Shown: in pieces, positions 39,547 through 47,283 of the stretch | How positions within the stretch are numbered: position 1 is the first letter of the stretch | Layout: each line of letters begins with the position of its first letter | Source: Elusimicrobiota bacterium | GTDB lineage: Bacteria > Elusimicrobiota > Elusimicrobia > UBA1565 > UBA9628 | NCBI GenBank assembly: GCA_027319565.1 | Contig: DAHVNA010000002.1 | Location: forward strand, 56,093 to 120,092 | Length of the DNA stretch: 64,000 nt | Direction: 5' to 3' | Translations under genes and position numbers: made by a program | Notes under the pieces: generated by a model | What the model saw: the letters and a program-made list of their open reading frames with translations, nothing else | What the model was told of the DNA's origin: nothing | Databases searched by the model: none

Positions 39547-41560
39547 CGAAGTTTCGCTTTCACAATCAGCGCCGGCTAAAGCAAAGCCGGAAAACCTCGC
39601 TTTCTCCGCCTCGGAATTTTTATCGACCCTGGAAGGAGAGCTCAATTCCGCAAAATTCCTGGCCAAAAACTTTTCCATCGCCTGTATTTTATCTCTGATT
39701 CTGCTGCTGGGAAAAAATGTCAATCTCTCTTTATACACCCAATTGCTTCTCTGTTTTTTGCTCATCGTCATTGGAGGTCGGCATTTTATCCGGGGTTTAA
39801 AAAAAGAAATTCGGGCTCGCAAAGGGGGGCTCAACACCTTGGTTTCCCTCAGCCTTTGGTCCGCTTTTTGTCTCGGGGCCTACGCCGTCTTTGCGCCGGA
39901 GACTCTCCCCGAAGCCTACCGCAATTTTTATTCCCCATTTATTGTCGAAACCATCCTTTTAATGACCCTGGGACAGTATTGGGAAATTCATTTTAAAAAT
40001 TTCTATCGGGAAAACTTGCAATCTCTCAAACGTAAAATTCCCCGCTTCGCTCGCCTATTTAAAGATGGAAACGAATTTTTTACTCCACGTTTAGAGATTC
40101 GCTCCCAGGACGAAATTATCGTAAAAAAAGGAGAAGAAATCCCCGTGGACGGCCTCGCTCAAAATGACGGGCTTGTCGATGAATTTCTCCTCAACGACCG
40201 AAAAGCGCTTTCCCCAAAAACAAAGGGGTCAAAGGTCTGCGCGGGATCGTTTGTTCAATCCCCCTCCCTATCCATATCCGCCCGTGGAGGAGATTCTCTT
40301 TTCGCTCAAATGATATCCTACATCGTTAAGAACTCCGGCAACAAATTCGAGAAAGAAAGTTTTATCGATTTAATCGCTTCTTGGGCCGCGGCATTAAGCA
40401 TCGTTTCGGCGGCTGGCATTTCCATTTTTTGGGCCTTAGAAGCCCCGTCTCACCGAATGTTTTTAGCTCTTTGTTCTCTGGCTTCCATTTGGATTCTCTG
40501 TTGCCCTCCGGCCTTGACTTTAGCCCGGCCGCTGGCGATATTTTTCGGCCTCGGAAAAATGCGCAAAGAAGGGATCCATCTTCTCAACGCCAATATCATC
40601 GCGCGCGCAAGCTCAATCGACACCTTGCTGTTTGACAAGACCGGGGTTTTGACCGAAGGAAATCTTGAAATTGTCTCGTCGTCTTTACTGGGAGAATCTA
40701 AAGAAGAGTTTCTCAGCGCGACGCTGGCGGCTCTTCAAAATTCGCCTCACCTCGCTGCCCAAGCTGTCGCCCGCTACGCGAGAAATTTAGGGGCTAAGCC
40801 TCTTCCCGCGCCCGAGTCCTTGGAGAGTATTCCCGGGAAAGGAATACTCCTCAAAGGAAAAGCGGGAGAAATACGCGCGGGAAATCTTTCTTGGCTTAAA
40901 GAATCGGGATGTCAACTCCCGCCGCTTCCGACATTCCCGCCAGAAGAAATTATTTCGTTTATCGGCATCGCCAGGGATTTAAGGCTGTTGGGATATTTCA
41001 CGATTAAAGACTCTTTGCGCCCGCACGCAAAAGAAACCGTGGAAAAAATAAGAGAGATGGGAATTACCCCGATATTAGTCTCTGGCGACCGCAATCAATC
41101 GACCCACCATCTAGCCGAAAAAGTGGGGCTTAGGCACGTTTTCGCGGAAGTGCCGCCGGAGGAAAAAACCGCGATTATCTCGCGCTTAAAAAGCGAGGGG
41201 AAAAAAGTGGCGATTCTCGCTTCATCTTTTTACGACGCCGAGGCTTTATCTTTGGCCGATATCGGAATGTCTTGGGAATCCGGAAATGCCATCTCCAAAA
41301 GCGCCGCCGATATCCTCGTCTCAAACACCGATTTATCTCAGGTATTAAAAGCTCTTCAGTGGACCCGCTCGCTGGAAAAAGTGATTCGCCAAAATATTCT
41401 TCTCTCTTTTTTGCCAAGTCTGCTTTTGATTCCCATCGGATGCGGATTTTTTTATCAAAGGCATGGTCTATTGCTCACCAATCCACAAGCCGTCGCCGCG
41501 GGGCTGTTCGGCCTTACCGCAATCATTATTAATTCCATTAGGAGAAAAATCAATGCCTAA
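39539..41560 (+). CDS. Degenerate P1B-type heavy-metal ATPase-like protein
   Basis: DKTGVLTEG, GKGI, D.LR, SGD and IRQN retained; TGE, CPC, HP and GDGxND altered. Confidence 0.75.
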   Translation: MDSEVSLSQSAPAKAKPENLAFSASEFLSTLEGELNSAKFLAKNFSIACILSLILLLGKNVNLSLYTQLLLCFLLIVIGGRHFIRGLKKEIRARKGGLNTLVSLSLWSAFCLGAYAVFAPETLPEAYRNFYSPFIVETILLMTLGQYWEIHFKNFYRENLQSLKRKIPRFARLFKDGNEFFTPRLEIRSQDEIIVKKGEEIPVDGLAQNDGLVDEFLLNDRKALSPKTKGSKVCAGSFVQSPSLSISARGGDSLFAQMISYIVKNSGNKFEKESFIDLIASWAAALSIVSAAGISIFWALEAPSHRMFLALCSLASIWILCCPPALTLARPLAIFFGLGKMRKEGIHLLNANIIARASSIDTLLFDKTGVLTEGNLEIVSSSLLGESKEEFLSATLAALQNSPHLAAQAVARYARNLGAKPLPAPESLESIPGKGILLKGKAGEIRAGNLSWLKESGCQLPPLPTFPPEEIISFIGIARDLRLLGYFTIKDSLRPHAKETVEKIREMGITPILVSGDRNQSTHHLAEKVGLRHVFAEVPPEEKTAIISRLKSEGKKVAILASSFYDAEALSLADIGMSWESGNAISKSAADILVSNTDLSQVLKALQWTRSLEKVIRQNILLSFLPSLLLIPIGCGFFYQRHGLLLTNPQAVAAGLFGLTAIIINSIRRKINA

Positions 41561-41969
41561 ATCAAAAACCGTCTATGGATATGAAAAAGAATTAGCTTTT
41601 TCCGGAAAGTCCGAAACCCTGCCGCCTCTTGAAACCTGGCCCAATCAGTATCAAGGCTATGAGATCAAAATCGAATGCCCCGAATTTACCTCGGTTTGTC
41701 CTAAAACCCACTTGCCTGATTTCGGGAAATTGACGCTGACCTATTTTCCCGATCAACTCTGCGTCGAGCTCAAATCCTTCAAATACTACCTTCTCGCCTA
41801 CAGAAATATGGGAATTTTTTACGAAAACGCCGTCAACCGTATTTTAGACGATATCGTCAAAGCGACGCGTCCCAAATGGGCGGTTTTAGAAGGCGCTTTT
41901 TCCACCCGGGGCGGGATGCATTCGACCATCACCGCACGGTATCCGCGGCGCGGAGGAAAGAAGCCTTAA
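41553..41969 (+). CDS. queF: NADPH-dependent preQ0 reductase (short, type I)
   Basis: EFTSVCPKT..PDF, VELKSFKYY and F..RGG motifs; SD AGGAG before ATG 41553. Confidence 0.94.
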   Translation: MPKSKTVYGYEKELAFSGKSETLPPLETWPNQYQGYEIKIECPEFTSVCPKTHLPDFGKLTLTYFPDQLCVELKSFKYYLLAYRNMGIFYENAVNRILDDIVKATRPKWAVLEGAFSTRGGMHSTITARYPRRGGKKP

Positions 41970-41975
41970 AAACCG

Positions 41976-42240
41976 CTAATCCAAGTTTTCGCTCTCGATC
42001 AGTTCTAATTTCCAGCGACGCTTCCATCCTTTAATGGTCTTTTCCCGCGCAATAGCCGATTCCATGCTTCCATGCAGTTCAAACCAGACGAGACTATGAA
42101 CCTTGTATTTCTTGGTAAACCCCTCCACGACCTCGTTCTTATGTTCCCAGATGCGTTGAGGCAAGTTCGGAGGTCACTCCGACGTAAAGAGTTCCATTGC
42201 GGCGACTGGCAAGGATATAAACGCAGGGCTGCTTAGACAT
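41976..42240 (-). pseudogene. GIY-YIG nuclease (YhbQ/UPF0213-like), frameshifted
   Basis: ATG 42240 gives MSKQPCVYILASRRNGTLYVGVTS. An extra base near 42168-42172 shifts the rest (NLPQRIWEHKN..GFTKKY....LVWFE....AIAREK.IKGWKRRWKLELIE) into another frame. Confidence 0.85.
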
Positions 42241-42244
42241 GTTC

Positions 42245-42343
42245 TCTGGATTCCGGCTTTCGGACGCTCCCCAACGGACTTGGAAGCGGCGCTTCCTCGC
42301 CCATGCTCGGTCGGATTCCCCGCTAAAGACCGCGGGGAATGAC
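42245..42343. repeat. Structured repeat copy 1 (69-bp unit at 42245-42313, then an ATTCCCCGC..GCGGGGAATGAC palindrome)
   Basis: 63 of 69 nt identical to 43176-43244 by manual alignment; contains internal hairpins. Confidence 0.9.
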
Positions 42344-42416
42344 GATGATTTTTGTCATGAGTATATCGTCGAGCACGGAGAACCACTAAAGAAATACAGA
42401 CAACCTTGCCCTTTGA

Positions 42417-43082
42417 TTACGCAGATTCTATTTTTCCTTTCAGTTCCTTGACGATCAGCGCCATTTTTTGGCGTCCGTATTTCTTGTCAAACTTGGCTGC
42501 GGATTGCTCCAAAAGTTTCAATTTCTTCTGCTTAGTATAATGCGATGAAGCATCCCAAAAATTTGGAAATTCCTGCGATAGTTCATACTCCAATTCTTCT
42601 TTGACTTTTAAATGCTCAAACTCATCCGTCCAGGTTTCTCCCTCGCGAGCGTAGTATGTCCCTTTGATTTCAGGAAAGGGTTCTTCTTTTTTCCTAAATG
42701 GCCAGAGGATTGTCACAATTGCCCAATAGAACGTAGAGCCTAATAAGAAAATGGTTCCAACCCAACTGGCCCAAACAACATGGCTGTTTGACAAAATATC
42801 AAGAGATGGCCTTAGAATCAGCAAAGCTGAAATAAATATGGATAAAACGTATTTATCCTGATCCAAGGGGCGATTATGCGCCGTAATCATCAGACAGGCG
42901 CCGACAATACCAACATCAGAAATTGCAAGCCATACCGGTATGTGAATTTGGAACCAATGGCTAATTGGATGCATTTCTGGTTCAAAAGCTGAGAACACTT
43001 CCATTAGCAGAAAAGCGATGATGAATACAAGTAGTATTCTGCGGTTATTATTTTTAAAAAACCAATTGAAGGGTTGTTTCAT
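42417..43082 (-). CDS. Hypothetical AT-rich membrane protein (about 4 TM helices + soluble tail) between the direct repeats
   Basis: 221-aa ORF with four hydrophobic segments; two 60-nt lines counted by hand gave 28% and 38% GC. Confidence 0.7.
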   Translation of the reverse strand: MKQPFNWFFKNNNRRILLVFIIAFLLMEVFSAFEPEMHPISHWFQIHIPVWLAISDVGIVGACLMITAHNRPLDQDKYVLSIFISALLILRPSLDILSNSHVVWASWVGTIFLLGSTFYWAIVTILWPFRKKEEPFPEIKGTYYAREGETWTDEFEHLKVKEELEYELSQEFPNFWDASSHYTKQKKLKLLEQSAAKFDKKYGRQKMALIVKELKGKIESA

Positions 43083-43175
43083 TAGGTTCTACTTGAAGCT
43101 ATAACTGGACCAGCCTCGCCGAAACTCGGTCGCAATCCGTAGGCCGGGGCCCAAAACCAAGGCGATTCGCTCGGG

Positions 43176-43255
43176 TCTGGATTCCAGCTTTCGGCCGCTC
43201 CCCAACGGACTTGGAAGCGGCACTTCCTCGCCAATACTTGGTCGCCGGAATGACG
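43176..43255. repeat. Structured repeat copy 2 (69-bp unit followed by CCGGAATGACG)
   Basis: Direct repeat of 42245-42313. A third copy of the sub-motif CCTCGCCnnnnCTYGGTCG sits at 43114-43132. Confidence 0.9.
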
Positions 43256-43291
43256 AAAAAGTTAGCGATCCTCCCTATTTCCCTTCTGCGT

Positions 43292-44260
43292 TCATTTGCC
43301 TGCGGAATTTTTGGATTCATTTTCCTCCGCGCAAGAGTCTTGGGCTTCCATCAAAAACTTCCGGGCCGCCGCGCGGACGGTAGAATCGGGGTTTTTAAGT
43401 TCCTTTTGAATCTCTAAAACCGCTTTTTTCCCTCCAAGGCGGCACAAGAGATTTAAAGCCAGAACTTCGTTATTGGGGAATCTGGATTCCGATGAAACGG
43501 CGCCTTGAGCTTTTGAAAAAAAGTCAAAGGCGCCAGGCAGTTTTCTTTGAGATTGTTTTAAAAGCGCTTTAAGAACTTCTTTTCTCATGGAGGAGCCTGG
43601 GGAATAGAAGACAAATAGGCGCCATAAGGCCGAAGAAGCCTTAAGAGAAAAAGATTCTCCCAGGGCTTTGACCGTTAAAATCGCCAGGACCCGGTTTTTA
43701 TCCGCGGGATGATCCCCAAAATCCTCAGCCTGTTTTAAAAGTAAATCCGTTTGAGGACAGCCGATTCTCGCGATTTCAAACAAGGTCTGTCCCAAGGTCA
43801 ACTCCGGCAAATTTTTTTGAGAAAAATTTCGGCACAAGACTTCTCTGACCGCGCCCGCGGAAACGGGAGATTCTGAAATTAAGGAAGCCGCTTCCGAGCG
43901 CAAGACATCGGGCAGGGATGAATCGAGAAGGATTTTAGACAAAACCGGGAAAACTCCGGGGTCATGAATCAAACCCAAAAAATTGACGCAAAAAACCCGG
44001 GTTTTAAGCGGCCAATGGGAATCTTGAGCGACGGCGCCCAAGGGTTCTATCGCCTTCGCCTTTTGGCGGGCAATATGGACGCCCAATTTCTCTATCTTTT
44101 TATCTAACTCTTCAATCTTAAAAGAATTTTGCCCTTTTTCTTTAAGGACTAGGCGATTGATTTCATCAATCTGGGATTTAAGAGAATCCGCCTTCGCTTT
44201 TAAGCCCGAAGAAATAAAAATAAAAACACAAACAGCCGCGGTCTTTATATTTTTCATCAC
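43292..44260 (-). CDS. Exported HEAT-repeat-like protein
   Basis: Signal peptide; repeats LGLIHDPGVFPVL, LRSEAA and NPDSTVRAAA. Confidence 0.65.
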   Translation of the reverse strand: MMKNIKTAAVCVFIFISSGLKAKADSLKSQIDEINRLVLKEKGQNSFKIEELDKKIEKLGVHIARQKAKAIEPLGAVAQDSHWPLKTRVFCVNFLGLIHDPGVFPVLSKILLDSSLPDVLRSEAASLISESPVSAGAVREVLCRNFSQKNLPELTLGQTLFEIARIGCPQTDLLLKQAEDFGDHPADKNRVLAILTVKALGESFSLKASSALWRLFVFYSPGSSMRKEVLKALLKQSQRKLPGAFDFFSKAQGAVSSESRFPNNEVLALNLLCRLGGKKAVLEIQKELKNPDSTVRAAARKFLMEAQDSCAEENESKNSAGK

Positions 44261-44661
44261 AATGGGCGAGAAATCATGCTCCAGAATTTTTGCGGATCCA
44301 AAATTTTTGCATTTTCTCTCCGAGCCTCTTGCGCCAGATCCTGATCCCGCGTCACCAGTGTCACCTTTTCCTTAAAATAAATCAGGGACCGGATGCGCTC
44401 AAGAATAATTGAATCCGCTTTCGCCTCGTCTGAAAAAATAACGCGAAGTTTTTGCCGGTTCACCTCCGGTATAGCCCGGTAAAACCCGTCAAAAACCAGC
44501 TCAATTGAAAATTCCGAAGTCCCAAGAGTCCACTCGTTCAAAGCGGAAATAAAATCCCAGGCGCAACGGTTTTGTTCTTTGAGGGTTTCCGGCCACGGGC
44601 CAAAGACGGCATAAACGGCGTTGGAGCCGTCGATGAGAAAAGTGCGCGAAGGCCGCAGCAT
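44257..44661 (-). CDS. YacP/NYN-like (PIN fold) ribonuclease domain protein
   Basis: LIDGSN, LVFDG, ADS.I and VTRD..L motifs. Confidence 0.8.
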   Translation of the reverse strand: MLRPSRTFLIDGSNAVYAVFGPWPETLKEQNRCAWDFISALNEWTLGTSEFSIELVFDGFYRAIPEVNRQKLRVIFSDEAKADSIILERIRSLIYFKEKVTLVTRDQDLAQEARRENAKILDPQKFWSMISRPL

Positions 44662-44667
44662 CAGCCC

Positions 44668-45156
44668 CTATTGCGTAATAGCCTTAACGACCGCTAAAGC
44701 GACCTCATCTGCATTTTTGAAAACCTTTTTGCGCCCCGAGGGCCGGATAATTCCCCGCAAGACCTGTTCCCCCATATTGGTCTCAAACATCATGACAAAG
44801 GCCGCGCTCCAGTCCGGAGACATCCGTCCGATAATGACGGCGTCCGCCGAGGTTTGATTGCGAATGAGTTGGAGAGTCTCCAAACTATAGCCAAAATCCT
44901 TGCTGGGCTTATGCTGGGCGAGAATCTTGGCGATGACCTTGCCATCGACTGGGTTATAAGTCAAGGCCGCCAGATCACGATTGACAGCATCGGCGATTTT
45001 TTGGCCTTGGCCCCGAGGATCTACAAAGGCGGGAACGCCGATAGCGCGGTAACTGCCAAAACCCGCTTCGTCATCGCGTTTGATGACAGAGCGCGAATGA
45101 GCGCAACCAAAAAGCCCCAAACAGGCCAGAGCCAGCGCAAGACGGCTGTTTCGCAT
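44668..45156 (-). CDS. Hypothetical lipoprotein
   Basis: Lipobox LFGC; IGVPAF and ADAVIIG pattern resembling CsgG/LpoB-like folds. Confidence 0.65.
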   Translation of the reverse strand: MRNSRLALALACLGLFGCAHSRSVIKRDDEAGFGSYRAIGVPAFVDPRGQGQKIADAVNRDLAALTYNPVDGKVIAKILAQHKPSKDFGYSLETLQLIRNQTSADAVIIGRMSPDWSAAFVMMFETNMGEQVLRGIIRPSGRKKVFKNADEVALAVVKAITQ

Positions 45157-45161
45157 AGAAA

Positions 45162-45440
45162 TCAGCTTCGGCTGGTGACCTCGACCAAGTGATAGCCGAA
45201 TTGAGTTTTAACCGGGCCTTGCACCTTGCCGATTTCCGCGCTAAAAACCACCTTGTCGAATTCTGGCACCATTTCCCCGGGGCCGAATTCGCCCAGGTTT
45301 CCGCCTTGTTTGCTTGAGGGGCAGGAAGAGTGCTTTTTCGCCATTTCGGCGAAATCAGCTCCGGCCTCGATTTGTTTTTTCAATTCCTCGCATTTTTCCT
45401 TGGTCGAAACTAAGATGTGACGCGCTTTGGCTCTAGACAT
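45162..45440 (-). CDS. ppiC: Parvulin peptidyl-prolyl isomerase
   Basis: ARHILV, HSSCPS, GGNLG, MVPEFD and TQFGYH motifs; SD AAGGAGG. Confidence 0.96.
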   Translation of the reverse strand: MSRAKARHILVSTKEKCEELKKQIEAGADFAEMAKKHSSCPSSKQGGNLGEFGPGEMVPEFDKVVFSAEIGKVQGPVKTQFGYHLVEVTSRS

Positions 45441-45507
45441 ATTACCCTCCTTTAATTTAAAGCGACGCTTTTATCATATTATTTTTTAAATGAGATAATA
45501 TATCGCC

Positions 45508-46299
45508 ATGCCTTTTTTAATGCCTGTCGCCTTCGTCAGCGATTTTGGGCCGATGCCGGCGTTTGAAGACGATGATTACACCAAGGCCCTCGAAATCTTA
45601 GGAAGGGAACTCCCGCGGCCAAACGGAATTTTGGCGATGTCCGGGCATTGGGACACCGGAAATGGCCCCCTTGAGGCGACGGCCTCTCTTTCTCCCGAGA
45701 CCATTTACGATTACTACGGTTTCCCGCGAGAATTTTACGATAAGAAATACCCCTGTCTCGGAGACCCTCAACTCGCCCAAGAAGCGGTCCATTTACTTTT
45801 GGGAGCGAACATAAAAGCTCAAGTCAACCAAAGCCGCGGCCTTGACCACGGCGTCTGGGTTTCTCTGTCCCGCATTTATCCCAAGGCCGATATCCCGGTG
45901 GTTCAATTGTCGGTTCCGGCCGGTCAAAATCCCGAAAAAATAATTCAGATGGGAAAAACCCTCTCTGATTTAAGAAAGAAAAACATTTTAATTCTTTCCT
46001 GCGGGGCCCTTATTCACAATCTCAGGCGCGTCCATTTTGAGGGGAAAAACGATCCCCCAGATTCCTGGGCCACGGAGTTTGATCAATGGCTTGAGCCAAA
46101 AATTGATGCCGGAGACGTCAAAGGTCTTAAAAAATACAAAGAACTTGCGCCCCATGCCGCATTGGCCGCGCCCACTCCCGAGCATTTTGACCCGCTTTTT
46201 TTCGCCCTGGGAGCCGGACTCGGAGGAAAAATCAAGCGCCGGTTTCGTTCAATCCGTTATGGAAACGGGCTTTTGTTGATTTTCACGATGGACTCTTGA
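45508..46299 (+). CDS. Class III extradiol dioxygenase (YgiD/DODA-like)
   Basis: SGHW, IYDYYGFP, RGLDHGVW, YPKADIPVVQLS, HNL and PTPEHF.PL motifs. Confidence 0.88.
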   Translation: MPFLMPVAFVSDFGPMPAFEDDDYTKALEILGRELPRPNGILAMSGHWDTGNGPLEATASLSPETIYDYYGFPREFYDKKYPCLGDPQLAQEAVHLLLGANIKAQVNQSRGLDHGVWVSLSRIYPKADIPVVQLSVPAGQNPEKIIQMGKTLSDLRKKNILILSCGALIHNLRRVHFEGKNDPPDSWATEFDQWLEPKIDAGDVKGLKKYKELAPHAALAAPTPEHFDPLFFALGAGLGGKIKRRFRSIRYGNGLLLIFTMDS

Positions 46300-46339
46300 T
46301 GAAATTCCATTTGTCTGTTACTCTAGGGAAAGACCAAGT

Positions 46340-47212
46340 ATGAAAAGAACGATTGAGAGAATTTTTAGGGGCGCTCCCGAGCATTGGGTGGGAAACGGCT
46401 TTCATGTCAGCAATTATTTTCCCTCCGCGACCGATTTTGAAAAAAGGATGAGCCCTTTTTTTCTTTTGGATTATCAAAAACCGGAAAATTACTCCCCCAC
46501 GAACCGACGCCGCGGCGTAGGAACCCATCCCCACCGGGGATTTGAAACGGTCACAATCGCCTATCAAGGCTCTATCGCCCATCACGACAGCGCCGGAAAC
46601 GGGGGAATTATCTATCCCGGCGAAGTTCAATGGATGACCGCCGGCGGGGGAATTCTCCATAACGAATACCATGAGGAAAATTTCTCCAAAACAGGCGGGC
46701 TTATGCATATGATTCAAATTTGGGTCAATCTCCCCAAAAAGCACAAGATCACCGCTCCCAAATATCAGCCGCTGACCGGAAAAGAGATTCAAGAGCTTCT
46801 TTTGCCTGACAAGGCGGGGAAAATCCGCATTATTTCCGGCTCATATGAAAACCTTAAGGGCCCGGCCTTGACCTTTACGCCGGTTGAGATGTTAGACATT
46901 CGCTTGAATCCCAACGCCCGCCTTCGGCTGACGGCCCCTAAAGATTTTAACGCCGCATTGCTTGTTCTTGAGGGTTCGATTAAAACCAACGGCTCCCGGG
47001 AAATCTCGCCGGGCGAATTTATCTTATTTAAAAACGACGGCGATGAGATTTTTGTCGAATCAAGCGAACCCGCGACCCTTCTCTTTTTAAGCGGAGCTCC
47101 CATTGAGGAGCCCCTGGTCCATTACGGCCCTTTCGTGATGAATTCCGTTGATGAAATCAATCAGGCCATCGAAGATTTCAACAACGGAAAGTTCGGATTT
47201 TTAGCCGATTAA
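46340..47212 (+). CDS. Pirin family protein
   Basis: PFFLLD, HPHRGFETVT, QWMTAGGGILHNE and GPFVMN motifs. Confidence 0.95.
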   Translation: MKRTIERIFRGAPEHWVGNGFHVSNYFPSATDFEKRMSPFFLLDYQKPENYSPTNRRRGVGTHPHRGFETVTIAYQGSIAHHDSAGNGGIIYPGEVQWMTAGGGILHNEYHEENFSKTGGLMHMIQIWVNLPKKHKITAPKYQPLTGKEIQELLLPDKAGKIRIISGSYENLKGPALTFTPVEMLDIRLNPNARLRLTAPKDFNAALLVLEGSIKTNGSREISPGEFILFKNDGDEIFVESSEPATLLFLSGAPIEEPLVHYGPFVMNSVDEINQAIEDFNNGKFGFLAD

Positions 47213-47247
47213 CCCGAGGGACCCAGGTCCCGTAGGCCTTTTGGTCC

Positions 47248-47276
47248 TTGACGCTTTGCGCTTTCGGGGCTACACT
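47248..47276 (+). promoter_or_regulatory. Sigma70-type promoter, probably leaderless
   Basis: TTGACG-N17-TACACT, ending 7 nt before ATG 47284. Confidence 0.7.
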
Positions 47277-47283
47277 CCTTTAT

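Noticed and set aside
41463..41552. Possible preQ1 riboswitch or longer start upstream of queF
   Set aside because: The region is coding for the ATPase-like gene; no preQ1 consensus is visible, and the SD points to ATG 41553.
42245..43255. Possible CRISPR array or integron attC sites
   Set aside because: Only two long copies about 930 bp apart, no regular spacers, no cas or integrase gene, and no clear RYYYAAC/GTTRRRY ends.
42174..43320. ORFs 42174..42386 and 43099..43320 share the peptide RGSAASKSVGERPKAGIQ
   Set aside because: The shared peptide is just the translation of the 69-bp DNA repeat; nothing supports these as real paralogous genes.
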